From: Tricharina praecox
Taxonomy: Eukaryota
Assembly: GCF_024521635.1 (NCBI RefSeq)
Contig: NW_026250404.1
Coordinates: forward strand, 1,364,001-1,428,000
Length of the DNA: 64,000 bases
Direction of reading: 5' to 3'
Part shown: positions 14,529 to 28,194 of the stretch, one piece after another
Layout: every line of letters begins with the position of its first letter
How positions within the stretch are numbered: the first letter of the stretch is position 1
The notes under the pieces: generated by a model
Told to the model about the DNA's origin: nothing
Databases searched by the model: none
What the model saw: only the letters and a program-made list of their open reading frames with translations
Translations under genes and position numbers: made by a program

Positions 14529-15056
14529 TTATTTGGATTTGGATTCGGATTGCTGGGCCGCTGGAGCTGGTTACCACATCATCATATCACCATCATCACT
14601 ACCATCACTATCACAAAGCTCTCTTATATGCTTGCAACATGGCACTTTTTTTATTGATATTTATTCCTTCTGGTTCTTTTTTTTTGGCTTTTGGCTTTTG
14701 GGTCTGGGATCTTATCTTATCTTATACTAGGGAATTGGCGTGGCTTTTGGTTAGGTTTTTCTTATGTACGGTGCGGTGCGGTGCGGTGCGGTTTTTCCTT
14801 ACGGTCTTTCTGGAGTCTCTTCTGGTTCATCTCTTCTTCTTCTTCTGATTCTTTCGAAATTCATTTTATTTTTCGTTTCATCCCGCCGCATGTGCATGCA
14901 ATCTATCTTTTTTTTTTCCTTCCTTCTTTTTGTTCTCTTGGGCTTTCTTTTTTCCATAGCAGCCTTTCTTTAAGTGTTCAAATATACCGTTTTCTGTTAG
15001 TAAATATCATTATCTGGCCGGACTATCTACTTAGCTGGGAGCCTGGGAACGGAAGT

Positions 15057-15151
15057 GGTGGTGGTGGTGGTGGATGTGGTGGATGTGGTGGATGTGGTGG
15101 ATGTGGTGGATGTGGTGGATGTGGTGGATGTGGTGGATGTGGTGGATGTGG
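15057..15151. repeat. 9-bp tandem repeat (GGATGTGGT)n preceded by (GGT)n
   Basis: About nine near-perfect consecutive units, visible directly. Confidence 0.9.
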
Positions 15152-17559
15152 TCATTGGTGAATGTGGTGGTGGAATTGCTGTCGATGTATGATGTCGATA
15201 TATAGTACATAAAGTAAGTATCAACTGGAGTCTTTCAAGCATATACAAGGCTGCCGTGGTGAATGAACTGGAGACTTCAATGCAGATGATTCCCCATGAA
15301 AGTTTGCAGTAGAGAGGAGTATTTTCCGTCGGGCGGCGTTCGTTTCGGGATCCGATCGAGTTGGTGACCAGAGTGGTGATATTGTTAGCCTGGCGTGCCC
15401 TGGGCACCAGCCTTAACTGGGTACCAGGCTGAGCCCCCTGTACATACCAACTACTATTCCGCTATTCCGCGCGCACTTGACGTTGACTTTCAAGTGCAAA
15501 GTCAAGTGCAGGAATCGGAGAAACGTATCCGATTCCCTTAGGCCGCTCGGGGTATGAATTAGAGCACAGCCGATCTTCACTTCACTTCACTTTGCTTCAC
15601 TTCTCACGAACTGCCCTTGGTGACCCCGATCCGCTATGGATATGGCTGCTCAAGGTACGGAGAGGACAAAATCAGCCCTAGTATATAGAGGAGAGTACCT
15701 ACTTGCCTTACTCTTACTCTTACTCTACCTATGGCATATGCACATCAGAACCTAACATCAGAACCTAACATCGGAGACAATGTATGCCACAAGTATACCA
15801 CATTTATGTATAATGTATGCCATTAATATGCCGTATGTATGCTATTAGTATGTATGCTATATGCCATTAGCATGTATGCCATATGTATGTATGCCATACA
15901 TACCGTAAAGTGCACTGCTACTGCGAACCACTTACCAGGGAAGTGAAAACGTGAGCTCTGAAGTGCCTGCGTCACAGCGGCGTCGGTCAGTCGAAAGGAT
16001 GGGGGCCATGGGATACGCGTCCACCACCGTCCGTCCGCTCGTCCTCGTTCTCGTTCTTCCTCGCTCCACAACCTGCGTCCGCCGCTACCATCGGGTAAAC
16101 TTTCTCCGGCGTGCGGCGTATGCGGGGGATCTGGTTCGAAAAGAAAAGAAAAGAGAAAGAGGGTATCCATGTGTGATGTGTGTCCCTTCAACTCCTCCTG
16201 TCCGTTTTGTCCCGCTCCAACCTGTTAGGATTCTCCTTGATTGGAAGCGCTTTGTTTGGGATGTAAGGGGTTGCTGGACCATCAGGAAGGAAGGCAGGTA
16301 GGTAGGATAGACGAGAGAAGGCTCCCCACTCCCCACTTCGTCTTCAGGCGCCTGCCTTGTATGTACTGTACGTGTATCCCTGATTCCCTTATCCCACGTT
16401 TTTTTTGCGTTGATTCCTCCGGTGAGCAAACGGAAGGTGGGGCGAGGCTAGGGGCTGCACTCTGGGAGGGGAGGGGAGGGAATAGGAGGGGGGTCATCGG
16501 AACAGATGGCCCACGGGCAGTATAATCTTCTTCTTCTTGCAGTAAGTACGTTGCACGAATACCTACTTTCCTACCGGCCATCGGTGTTTCCACCGTCCTT
16601 CTCCCAGACGAGACGAGAAGAGACGATGTACTCTACCAGCCAGCCGTAATGAGATGCAAGAATTGGCAGGTGCAATGCTTTCCGTGCATGCATTGTGACC
16701 TCGATTCTCTCGATTCTCGGGTGATTGGAGATGACTCGTAACTAGTACCCCTCTTTGACCCTAGATGTCCAGTCCAGTCTACAGCCCACATCCGTTCACG
16801 GGACCTGGACGCCCGCTCAACTGTCTGTACATAGCCGTGATGATGTGGGTGACTGAGTGAGTGCCTGAGCTTCTAAAAGGCAAGATACGTTCAAGTCTTT
16901 TTTTCCTGAAGAACTGGCTCGGAGTTTTTGGTGGTGGTGGTACCGTAGTAGTGTGCCCTAAATGTTTAGTTGTTGACACTGCACACTGCACCGCATCGAA
17001 GCGCGCATGCAAAGTAAGATGCATATGTATGTGTGTGTGGTGTGGAGATGGGTTGTTCGGAAGCTGACGCCGCCTTTCCGCTGCGATAAATGAATATTAT
17101 CCATCTTCCGGGACGGATCCGGCCTCTGTGCTAGTGGCATAAGACGGTTGGAGTCCAATGAAAGCTTCATTGGGCCAGTGATTACCGGTATAATGGGGTC
17201 CGTCCGATAATGATTGGGTAGAAGCTCCTTGGGGGGGAGGGGGGGAACGTATATCTGACTGAGCTCGGGCGGAACGCAATGCAACGCATGTTGCCTCTTC
17301 GGCGCAGGAAAACTCGCGAAAATCGTAAGTTAAATGTTGGGCTAGGCGTCCATTAATCTGGGCGGGAGCTGTCGGATATGAACGACGGACCGAAAGGTGC
17401 GATGTGGGGCATCTAATCTTCGCTCATGCTATATTGCAATTGTCAATTGTCGAGGTCCTTGTCGTCGTGGCTATAAACCATCCTCGCCAATTATGTTCCA
17501 TGCAGCCAGTCAGCTGCGAGGAAGCGGGCAAAAATCCAGTCAAATGTGAAGGTGCTATC

Positions 17560-19790
17560 ATCAGAAAGTTGTAGGATGCGCTGCGCCGCATGTTTGCATC
17601 TCAAAGCAGGTGACGCTATTCGTTACCATTAACCACGCTGTCGAGATCGCACAGTAACAAGCTTGGGGGCCGGACGATTCAGTTCGCTGCACGGCGGCGG
17701 CGGACAACTTCGGATCGGTGATTAGAAAATCGTGACCACGATGAGTGTGATGTATGCGACGCACTCGGCGCGGGTCCATCCGATAAAGCTGCTTACAGTA
17801 AGCATGCCCTGACATAACCGAGTGATTTTCATTGGGGTCCATTCGCCCCCAACTGAACCTTCTTTCAGCTTCAAGGACAAAACTCTCTGGTTTCCTTCCA
17901 AGAGACACCTCGGCATTAGGGGTAGCGGTTCTGGAGCTCTGTTTTCAGCAACATCGTTATGCCAATATTTGCCAACGGTTTACGGTGGAGGACGCTCATC
18001 GTCTAGCTAAATGATCAACGGACTGCCTGTGAGTGAGATGTGGTGTTAGCATACGGAGCATTAAGTTAACAATCAGGACAGGTCCATATCACCCTTCAGC
18101 CCTGGCTTTCATGATTGTTTTTTTTTTCGTGCCTCGGATATGTATCTCGCACACAAGGCAACAAGGATGGGTCCCTTTGAAGGGCAGCCCGAGCAACAGA
18201 AACCCTCAGCTGGAATGCCCTATTGCCGGTCGGCAACAGGCCTGTGTCAAGAAGTTGATGATACAAGCAAGATTGAGGTCGTGACTCTATCAAAAGTTTG
18301 GTGTTCCTCAACCGGTTCATAGTTTCTGGTTCGCATTGCCGAAATCGTGCGAGTCCCGCGAATCACGGTCGAAGTGGGAGGAACCTTTCAGAGGTAAGGG
18401 AATCCCATCGATATCGTTGCTATGACATTTGTTAATGTTTCCTAGCAGTTCGCAATTATCGCTCCGTCCATTCCAGAATCCAGACGTTTCCCAGAGTCAG
18501 GGAAAGCGTAATGGGGTGGGTGGAGGCGACATCCCCTTTATACCTGAGAGCAGCGCATGCAAGTGTTGTTGCAGAGTCATCCGGAAAGGGCGATTGTTCG
18601 ACGGAGATCTGGTGCCTTTTCCTTTTCCTTGGCAGCGCCTTCCCAAAGCCATCGTTTCGACACTTTCCTAGCTGAACCCAGATTCCGCACACCATATCCG
18701 CATCCATACGCCCTCAAACCTTAATCAGGCGAAGACGCAACAGCGGCTGTCCTTGCTTTCCAACCAGCATCAGGGTTTCGTCTGCTGCGGCATTCCCGCC
18801 CGCCCGCATCCCTCCCCCGGCTGGGTTATGGGATCCAGGTGCTTATCGGCTGTCGTTATGGGTGAGCCCGATGGCTCGGTAGTCGGTGACTTCCGTTAGC
18901 GGACAATCCGGGAGGCGCTCGCTCCAGCGGGCTGCAAGGAAGGAGAAAATAGAAGGTCCCCATGTGGGTGTCCAGTAGTCACCGGCGCTGTCTGGGTGTG
19001 CACGGTCGATCCATCAACAAGCGGTCCTGGGACAGTTGTGAAATACCGCGGGAAGCGTCGTCTGTCCTTGCACGAAGGAGAGATGGGGACGTGGGTGAGT
19101 GGATGGTGTTATAACTCAGAGTTTACTGGAAACCGGAACCCCTTGGCAGCCGACCAGCGACAGCGACAGCGACTCAGATCCCTCACAGCCGCGGGATGAA
19201 CAGCAGTGCAAGGGCCTTTTCGCTATTGTTTCCGCCCGTTTCTGAGCGGGCTTGTTACTCCACATAGGCTATCTGGCCCGGCCTTCCGTGTCTAATCTCC
19301 TGACGAATTCCTGCCGACAAGGATGTCGGAGATGGATACTGAGTGGAGAACTTGCCCTGGGTGCGAGAAGTGATATCGATGCAATGCAGCTCGCTGGACG
19401 GAAAGGTTACTGGTTTCAGGACATGGGAAAGGGTATGTATGATCCAGAAGATTGGTAGGCAGCCGGATGCAGTTAATCGCGGCTGTAGGGAAGGTTCTCC
19501 TGTCATGGCCGGGTGATCTGCAGGAACGGATGAGGAAGGAATTGATGAAGGCATGCGTGGCGAGAGTGGAGACGTGGAGGCCGTTCAGTATATGACGGGC
19601 GTACTATCTGCTTGGGGAATTTCGAATGCAGGAACTGGTCCGAGAAAGCGGCAGTCGATAGTGCTCTATGCTTGGTCCCGAGAAACGGAACACCCATGGT
19701 CTTTCCCCCGCCCACCACCCCCCTGGAGTCCCTACAGCGGTCCTACTCTACAATCCCCAGCAGGAACCGGAGACGCCGAAAACGTCTCTT
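17560..19790 (+). pseudogene. Possible decayed multi-intron gene, product unrecognised
   Basis: Three intron-shaped segments on + (17798-17868 GTAAGC..TTTCAG; 18029-18076 GTGAGT..AATCAG; 18394-18445 GTAAGG..CCTAG) separate short protein-like frames broken by stops. Confidence 0.3.
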
Positions 19791-20148
19791 AATTACGATA
19801 AATACCGCTGCTCGCAGTGCAGTACCTTGTTCTAGAGGGACCTCTCTTCCACCCTCCGATTGGAAACCCTCCGATCAACTTGCATCGGTCTCCGTGGAAC
19901 ATCACCAGCCAACTACGAACCGCCGGTTTTAAATACGTCGGTACCGGTATCCGTATGTAGGCTGCCTTAGCCTCCGCTCGGCTATGCCACGAGCCGCTCC
20001 CCACACAAAACCCCCGGAATTCCGAGAAACCCCCGCTTCGGCCCGTCCCTCCTTTAGCATATGGGTATATAATTACGCCATCTCTCCAAACCCGCAGCTG
20101 AAACATCCCATCCTCCCCGCCCTCAACCCACTACACACAAGAGCCCCC

Positions 20149-21041
20149 ATGTCGACCGACGCCGCCATAACGCCCGACGCGCGCGAGCGCCTGCGCATTC
20201 AGTTCCAAGCGCGAGTCCGCCCCGCATCCTGGCCACAAGCTCCCCGCTAACCCCCCAGCGTCCAGTCCCGTGGAAGAGCACGGCCGGCTATGGTCCGAAC
20301 TCTGGGACGAGGGCTCGTTTCTCCCGTGGGACCGTGACGCGCCTAACCCGGCGCTTGTAGACCTGCTGGCAGAGCGTGGGACCGAACTGGGCCTCGGCGA
20401 GACCGCCGGGAAGAAGGCGCTTGTGCCCGTACATATACACCCCCGACTTTCCCCACACTATGAGTGTGTACTCACGCTCCGGTTAGGGCTGTGGCAAGGG
20501 CTACGATGTTCTCCTGTTCGGATCCTACGGGCTCGCGGCAGCGGGCGTGGATATCTCCGAGAGCGCCGTGAAGATGGCGCAGGCGTGCAGCGAGCAGGCG
20601 TTGAAGGAGAAGCCGATCTCCGGCGCGGCCGCGTTCGTGACTGCCGACTTCTTCAAGGACGAGTTCGTCAAAGAGCTGCACGCTGAGGAAGGCTTCGATT
20701 TCGTCTACGACTACACCGTAGGTTGAGCCTGTGCGTGGTGGCAGCACTGAACTGACGGCAGATCCCAGTTTCTCTGCGCCCTCCCCCCGGATCTGAGGAC
20801 TTCCTGGGCGAAACGCATGCACGAGCTGGTGAAGAAGGGGTCGGGCTATCTCATCTGTATTGAGTTTCCACTCTACAAGGGGATCGAGACGGGTGGGCCA
20901 CCGTGGGGTCTCACCAATGCTGTCTACGACGAGCTGTTGGGTCTTGGGTTCGAGAAGCTGATCCATTACATGCCCGAGCGTACACACGAGGTTGGAAAGG
21001 GCACGGATTATATCACTGTATGGCGCCGCAAGGCCGATTAA
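20149..21041 (+). CDS. TPMT/thiol (halide) methyltransferase-like SAM-dependent methyltransferase, 4 exons
   Basis: WSELWDEGSFLPWDR; spliced KALVP|GCGKGYDV (SAM motif I); YDYT|FLCALPP; LICIEFP..GGPPWGL. Intron 1 is probably GC-AG (20211-20265). Confidence 0.9.
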
Positions 21042-21132
21042 GGGACGGACGGACGGATTCACTTGCTCGCCTCGTCATGCGGAGCTGTTCGTGTGCTATA
21101 TAGAGAGATGTAATTGAACTATCCGACCCGAA

Positions 21133-22545
21133 TTACCCTCCACCTCCAGCACCAGCCCCCTCCGTAAGCGCACCCAACAAGATTTCACGTAGCACCTCAC
21201 GCTTCTCCTTCTCCCCGCGGATCATGCACGTTGCCGTGGCGATGAGTATGTGCCGCAAGTGCTCTCTCTCCGCCTCATCCGAAAAACACTCTTCAAGGCC
21301 CCGCTCGAATACCGTAAGTCTCCCGGCCTTCCTCTCGGCCATTAGGCTGACATATTTTGCGAGTACCACTGTTCGCTCGCCCGACTCTAATGTATCTAGC
21401 CGTTCTTCTGCCGTTGACGCAGCATTGCCGGTGTATTCGGCGCCTTCGTCCCCCTCCTTTCCTTCGTCTTCACCATCGCTGTGGGGAAGGTACGCAACCA
21501 GCTTCAGATGGTTGTACCGACTCCACTTCCCCCAGTACTTCCTCTCGTCCTTGATCGTTCCCGTGCCCTTCCACCGAAACTCGATATCGCCATATTTGAA
21601 CCCGTACTCCCTCGTCAGCCACCCATTCCACGACATCTCCAGTCTCGGAACCGATGGGATCAGGGGCGCCGGGAGCTCGAGCGTCTCCGGAGCATCCGGA
21701 GCATCGGGCGTGATATCTGAGCAAGAGACAGACTTTCTTAACTGGTTCTGCTGGCGGATATACTCCCGGCCCGATTCGCCGATATAGCCAAAGCTGCGGA
21801 GGGGATATCGGGAAGGCAGGACGCCGCGCGGGTCGATGACTCCGGGGGCATTGAGGGATATTTGACCTTCCGTGCGCTCGCGCAACGTTCTGCGATTCTG
21901 ATTCATCGGCCTGCCGCCTTCACCATCCTCGGCGTCGGCGAAGCCACTATCGACCCGACAGGGTTCCGTCTCGTTGCCCTCCTTCTTCCCCCGCAAAGAT
22001 GCGGCGCTCCTCGACCGCCACATCCTCCTTCCCTTCTGCCCCTCCTCCTCCGTGGGCACAGCAAAACTCAACTTCCAGCGCCTCCAGAAAAAGCTGTTGT
22101 CTACAAGACAAACCACCATCCCCCGTCTGCCGCCGATCCTTAGGGTCTGCGGCGGACAATGCCAGCACACCTTTGGGGTGTGGAGGAAGTACGCCGGCGT
22201 CCGGGGATCGGTCTCGGGATCGTCGAGACACACCACGTCTCGGTCCCGGTCCCGCTTTTCCTCCGCCGGCGGCGGCTCGGAGCCACGCCATGGCCATGGC
22301 CACCGGATGGACCGCTGCGTTGCTGGCGGCTTTTTGACGATCGTGGCGGCGGGACAGAGTGTGGACAGCGAGTGGTCCGGGACTGTGTGGAAGATTAGGT
22401 GGTCCCCGCAGGAGCCCGTGTTGTAGATGTGGTAGGTTGTTGGAAGGCCGAAGGATTCCGGCGAGCTGTGAAGGCTGGTGGGATGGGGAGGAGGGGGGGT
22501 AATGGTTACGCTGGGCGTGGAGAGGGTGGAGAGGGCGGGGGACAT
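21133..22545 (-). CDS. Hypothetical fungal protein (470 aa, single exon)
   Basis: Long ATG-initiated ORF with protein-like composition (WLTREYGFKYGDIEFRWKGT; ILIATATCM); no function recognised. Confidence 0.75.
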   Translation of the reverse strand: MSPALSTLSTPSVTITPPPPHPTSLHSSPESFGLPTTYHIYNTGSCGDHLIFHTVPDHSLSTLCPAATIVKKPPATQRSIRWPWPWRGSEPPPAEEKRDRDRDVVCLDDPETDPRTPAYFLHTPKVCWHCPPQTLRIGGRRGMVVCLVDNSFFWRRWKLSFAVPTEEEGQKGRRMWRSRSAASLRGKKEGNETEPCRVDSGFADAEDGEGGRPMNQNRRTLRERTEGQISLNAPGVIDPRGVLPSRYPLRSFGYIGESGREYIRQQNQLRKSVSCSDITPDAPDAPETLELPAPLIPSVPRLEMSWNGWLTREYGFKYGDIEFRWKGTGTIKDERKYWGKWSRYNHLKLVAYLPHSDGEDEGKEGDEGAEYTGNAASTAEERLDTLESGERTVVLAKYVSLMAERKAGRLTVFERGLEECFSDEAEREHLRHILIATATCMIRGEKEKREVLREILLGALTEGAGAGGGG

Positions 22546-25500
22546 GGTGGGAGATGGTTGGCGGAATGTTCTGATGTTCGATGGGTAGTTGCCTGTGTGT
22601 TCTGATATCCGATAGTTGTCCGAATCATGAATATTCTAATGTTCTGATGTTTGAATGTTCTCAACACTGGAGCACCTGCGCGCTGCAGATTCCCTTATAT
22701 AATCTTCTAAGCAATTGATCTACACAGAGTACCTACACAACTGTGTGGCGGAGCAGTGTAACAGTGTTCCTGTGTAACTTAGGAAACGAAGCATCCACTG
22801 CAGTCCGCCTTATCAAGTGCAGGGATGCTGATGATGGACCTCGTGTGATTCAGAGTTTGGGCTGGCCAATAGGAAGGGCTGGAGACCACGCCGCGGACGG
22901 TGATTGTTGATGTCCGGTGCTGGGGGACGGATGCTTACGTTTGTACTTACATAGAGCATATGCCAGGAGTATGAAAGTAGTGTCGTCAAGTCGCTATTAC
23001 GGTGCCGACGAGGGCGACTTCTTTGGGATTTCCGGACTCCGGACTCCCGTTCGGTGGTTGAGCACGACTTTTGATCTTGGGTACTTTCCAGGCAGGCGAC
23101 GTTGTGGTAACATACCGTATCGGTTCGCCAGCTGCGTATGTGCAGACCGCCCACCCGGCCCCCGACTCCCGACTCCCGAATACCCCATTGACTCGAGCCC
23201 GAGCCCCGGAGCGAGAGCGAGAGAAAATCGATCCATTGCCGCATGCGACCTCACTCGAGTCCGAGTTGAAAAACAATCCAGCTGTTTTTTTGTGAATACG
23301 AATACCGAGCGCTGCCATTCTCTAGCGGTACTACGGTCGAATGCAATGATGATTAAACAAACATCAAAAAAAACGAATCTCTCGTGGCGAGCGCTGCATC
23401 GGTAAATCATCCGGTTCTGACATGCGATCACGGTACATACGGTGTATAGACCGGTACTCGGCCGATGCACTGTGGTGCCACTACTCTAGCGACCGGCCGG
23501 CCAAGACAAGGTTGATACGGTAGCTATCATGCGGAGGCGAAAGTTGAAACACCCCATCGCCGCTGCCAAGCATCACCACCGGCGGCCAGAAACGACGCTT
23601 TTCGCTCAATTCACGGGCAGTAGTAGTGGCGTTGGTGGCGTTGGTGGATGGTGATATTGGAAGAGTCACCCAGCGCCGACTCTTGAGTCTTCACCAAGGC
23701 TGAACCTCAGCTGGCGCCATTCATGATTCGGCCTGTTCGAATGCCAGATTTTACCCAGTGACAGGCGCCATGGGACCACCACGTCTAACCGTGGCAGAGT
23801 TTCACATCGAAGGAGGTCCCAAAGTTAGAACGCGATTCACGCTGAGACCCTGAGAATGTTGGCCCTCGATGGATCGGATCGTGGTGTTGCACCGACCGCC
23901 TCAGGTTACATACCTGACACAACTTACAACTTGCCTGCTTGCCGGCGGCCCACCGGTGACCGAGCGACCCAGCGATTGCATTCCTCCCGATTCTCAAACG
24001 AGACGTGCGGTAAAATCACATACGGTAAGGCACACTACTTCTTCTTTGTACCTGTACTCAATTGTCTCGATGCATTAGACTTTAAGGTTTATGTAGAGTA
24101 CTAGATGACTTCATTAGTATTGGGATAGGCTGACGATAGGGGTTCAGCCTTGCCGTGCGACCCTCGTAAATTTCTCATTTTTTCTTCAAACCAGCGATTT
24201 AATTATTACCACAACCACTGTTCAAGGTGTTCTCTTTTCCCCGAGCATCTTTTGACACTGTCATCGTGATAGTTGTGGTGGTTGAGACCGTTGGGTGATG
24301 AGAGAGAGACCCTCTCACTATCATCAGCCTCGTCTTGCAGCGCCAAGATTCAACCTATCCCAATACTAATGAAGTCATCTAGTAGAGTAGGGAGATCATG
24401 GCACGTGTTCAACCGCCACTGCTCCCCACACCCCCCGATCTCGTGCAATCCGCCGTGGCCTGTCACAAAATCAAACTCGAAGGGCGCACTGAGAAAATTA
24501 TGTAGAGTACATGCATGCCGCGCAGACGGTGATGGTAGGGAAACTACCGTACCTACGTCACGCTCTTGATCCTCTTCATCGGGAGATGGCTTGAATGGGG
24601 GAGGAGCAGCGGGAGTGACATCGGTTCCTCCACATCAGCGCCCCCCTCCTCCTCCTCTCGCCTCCTCTCCGCCAGCCTCCATTCTCACTCCTCTCGCTCC
24701 CACTCGAACGCCCCACCCGCTGCGTCTTCCAGGTTCCCAGCGACCTCCGGCCCTCCGGCACCCGCCAGCCCAGTCCCCAGTCCCCAGCACCCACTGCCCA
24801 CACAAGTAGTAGCAAGAAAAAATCCAAGATGGCCTGACCAGCGATTAGTAACTGCACCGCTCGACGCACTTCCGCGGACAGGTTCACGACCCTGTCTTGA
24901 AGCGATCTCGATTCTCGCGGCTTGCCCCTCCCCGTCTGTCGCTTTCCGCACTTCCGCACTTCTGCCCACGGGATCTGCTGAGCCCTGCTGGCTTTTGCAC
25001 TCGGGGGTGCTCCCGTATGGCACACACACCTCCGTTGTGCTCCACCCCTCCCATTTCCTCGCCATTATGTAGACTATCCGAGTCATGACTCATGATCTAT
25101 AACTTCAGCGCCGCCGGGCCCCGGCGCCCGCATCGCCAGCCCTGTATGTGTGTACCAGTGCATACAAACCAGTATCTCTGTGTACATGTGATTGAAGCAA
25201 TAGGTATTGGACATGTTTTGGCCTTGATAGTGACTATTTAGCTATGAACATTGATAGTTCGTGTAGACTACAAATATTCACAGAGAATCACTCATGTAGC
25301 CGAGACGGAGAGTCGAGATTGAACTTTCTAGAACGATGAGCAACATCCCCGACCCCTTTGGTAGCAAGCTACAACACAGGTTTACACGAAAATATACTCC
25401 GCCACTGTGTTTGCCCACTGGTCCGGGCATTCAAGTATTGCTTGGGTTTTCCTCCAGGGCGCTTCAACACGATCCAAATTCCCAACCCCAAAATTGTATA

Positions 25501-25770
25501 TTCCGCCCTCGCCGTAACGACATTCTCTATCTACCAGCTACCTAGGTACCGAGCCAGCTTACGAGCTCTACAGAAGAAAGCGCATACAGCAGCATCATGA
25601 ATATACCCAGATGGCTCTTCTCGGCGGCATCACCCACTGAGACCAGTTCTTGCCTTATCCACGCGTGAGAGCACCACCTTATCACACCAGTTACACCAGC
25701 CCCTCACGTCGCCGTGCCACTACCACAGTCGCATCGTTAGCCAAAACCCACCAGAAAAGAATGCGTCCGC

Positions 25771-26827
25771 TCAACATACCTCTTTGACAAGTGCGCCTCC
25801 CTTGCCATCCCATTCCACCGGTCTCCCACCGACCTTCCCACTCCTCTCACGCACAATCTTCAGATTCTGCGCAGTCTCTTCCCAGCGCTGCTCACCGGTC
25901 GATTCCAGCGCCTCAGCCAGCTCGCTCCACTCAGTCTCACCGTCCAGCACCACCACCTCCTCCCGCCCCACCTCCTCATCCTCCCCATCATCCCCATCAT
26001 CCCCATCAGCCCCCCATCCCCCGCTCGGAATCCCCGAGCACTCCGGTCCGCGTGCACAGCTGACCCTCCCCCCACCAGTAACCTTCGAGCCTCCACTAAC
26101 AAACTGTCCATTCCCGCCGCGAACCAGTGTGCGCACGTCGCGCATCGACTCGCCCGCCCAGTTATCGCACAGCAGCTGGTACGAGTAGTCCTCGGCGCTG
26201 ACGTGCTTCATGCAGTGGGCACAGATCCAGACGCTGGTTGCGCAGGCGCAGTATAGGGTGCGCGCCTCGTAGGCGGGGAGCGCGGCGGACGGGAGAAGCG
26301 CCGCGTCCCGTTGGCATGGAGGGCACAGCCGCCGCAGCCGTGAGTTCAGGTGCGTCGGGTGCGGCTTGCGGATGCAGTCCTTTATATCATATGTGTAAGG
26401 TGGGGATAGGAGTGTGAAGGGGCGAGGGGGGGTTACGCACTCGGCAGATTGGCAGGCTGCACCGGATGCAGCCTTGTACTAGGTCCTTTGGACAGGGACG
26501 TTTGATGGGGTTGGTGAGCCGTGCGGGGCCCTCGGCGGGGGTGGTGGCGGCCGCGAGCTCCGCGGCGGCTACTACCTCGGGCCACCCGCAGCGCAAAGAG
26601 AGCGTGAGGAGTGTGTGGCGGTAGTCGGTGAGTGTGCGGTGCAGGTGGCGGCACGTCGAGGCGAGATTGTGGAGATCGGTGCGGTCGAGGTATCGCGCTA
26701 GGCCGGCGATGAAGGGGTAGAGGACGATCGCGGCGCTGAATGGATGGTTCTGGTTCATTTCGGGCATGGGGGCGGTAGGAGCTGCGGCCGCTGGCGGGGC
26801 TTGCTCAAGGTCGACAAAGACCACCAT
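25771..26827 (-). CDS. F-box-like protein with Cys-rich (putative Zn-binding) region, 2 exons
   Basis: YPFIAGLARYLDRTDLHNLASTCR is F-box-like. Intron 26440-26380 (GTGCGT..AAG) joins CIRCSLPICR to DCIRKP..RLRRLCPPC..CAC..WICAHC and continues into the 25771-26211 ORF. Confidence 0.75.
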
Positions 26828-27159
26828 GGCTTAGTGTTGGGAGCTCGAAAGGAAGAAACAATGGGTAATTGGGAGATGTTTGACAGGTGATGAGAGGGGG
26901 CAGCAGCAATTAAATCAAGAGTAGAGGGTGGCTCTGTGGACGGTGGTTTTGTGAGGGGTAGTAGAGCTGGATATTGTGGCGGGGATGACGGTGATGCATG
27001 GAGCGGGGGATGGGATCGTCATGACATGCGTAGTAGGCGCGGAGCTTACAGCGGTAATTGGAGCATCCAAGGCCAAATGAACGAATAAACGCACAAAAAT
27101 CAAACTCATACCAACCCCACACACCGCCCCATCCCCGCACTTCATCCCCACACTCGACG

Positions 27160-28077
27160 ATGGACGAGCTCCTAGCCCGACATCGCAAAGAGCTCCGCGA
27201 CCTGCAATCCCGCATAACTGGCAAGAAAAAAGAAGCGACAAAGAAGACGCGCAAGGCCGTGAACGCAGAATGCGAGAACCTCGAAGCCCAGACCAAGGCG
27301 CGACACGCGATCGAGATCCAGCAGCTTGAGAGCGGTGGCGTCGCCAATGGCGAGGTCGGTATCTCCGCCGTCGATGCGAACACCAATGTCTACATTCCAC
27401 CACCGACGTTATCGGACACGGAGCCGGAGCCCGAAGCAACAGCAACAGCAACCGAAACCGCGGCGCCACCCTCTGTTGAAACCGCGCCACCCACGTCAGA
27501 GCTGTCTGGCCGAGCAAAAAAGCACAACCGACAGAAAGCGCGTCTCGCACGGCGCGCTGCCGAAATCGCCGAACAATCGGAAGCGGCCGCGCTCGAAGCA
27601 AACTTTCTTCCGAATCTCCGCGAGCGCGAACTCGACACCATGACCGCGCTGTTCAAGAAGAACGGCCTCACGGAGTACCGCATTGCGCCCGATGGCCACT
27701 GTCTCTACTCCGCGTTTGCGCACAACTTGCGCACGGCTGGTGTGGAGCTTGACACCGCACCGCGGGACTACAAAGAGGCACGGATAAGGTGTGCTGAGTT
27801 CATGAAGGAAAATCGGGCCGATTTCGAGGCGTTTCTGGAAGAGGATTTTGAAGCACACGTTAGGAAGGTGGAGAGTACTGCCGAATGGGGCGGACAGACG
27901 GAGGTGATGGCACTGGGGCGAGCATTTGGTGTCAAGGTCAATGTGCTGCAGGCGGAAGGGAGAGGGGTGGAGAGCATGAACGAAGATGCCACAGGCGGCG
28001 AGGTGTGGCTGGGTTACTATAGACACTCGTTTGGACTCGGAGAGCATTACAATTCTCTGGTCAAGGAGAAGGCGTAG
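27160..28077 (+). CDS. OTU2: OTU-domain deubiquitinase (Otu2/OTUD6 family)
   Basis: MDELLARHRKELRDLQSRITGKKK N-terminus; catalytic IAPDGHCLYSA, WGGQTE and GLGEHYNSL motifs. Confidence 0.92.
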   Translation: MDELLARHRKELRDLQSRITGKKKEATKKTRKAVNAECENLEAQTKARHAIEIQQLESGGVANGEVGISAVDANTNVYIPPPTLSDTEPEPEATATATETAAPPSVETAPPTSELSGRAKKHNRQKARLARRAAEIAEQSEAAALEANFLPNLRERELDTMTALFKKNGLTEYRIAPDGHCLYSAFAHNLRTAGVELDTAPRDYKEARIRCAEFMKENRADFEAFLEEDFEAHVRKVESTAEWGGQTEVMALGRAFGVKVNVLQAEGRGVESMNEDATGGEVWLGYYRHSFGLGEHYNSLVKEKA

Positions 28078-28194
28078 AGCCGATGGATCCGCAATCATGG
28101 ATCTTGCATCAATCAGGTATATAGACATCCTATACTTCGTCCGTTCGACCGTGCATCCTTTACAATTCCCGTCACGCAATCCTCCTGCCACCAT

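Noticed and set aside
27058..27159. N-terminal extensions of OTU2 (and GET3, 29058-29255) suggested by the ORF track
   Set aside because: They rely on TTG/GTG starts; the family-typical sequences begin at ATG 27160 and ATG 29256.
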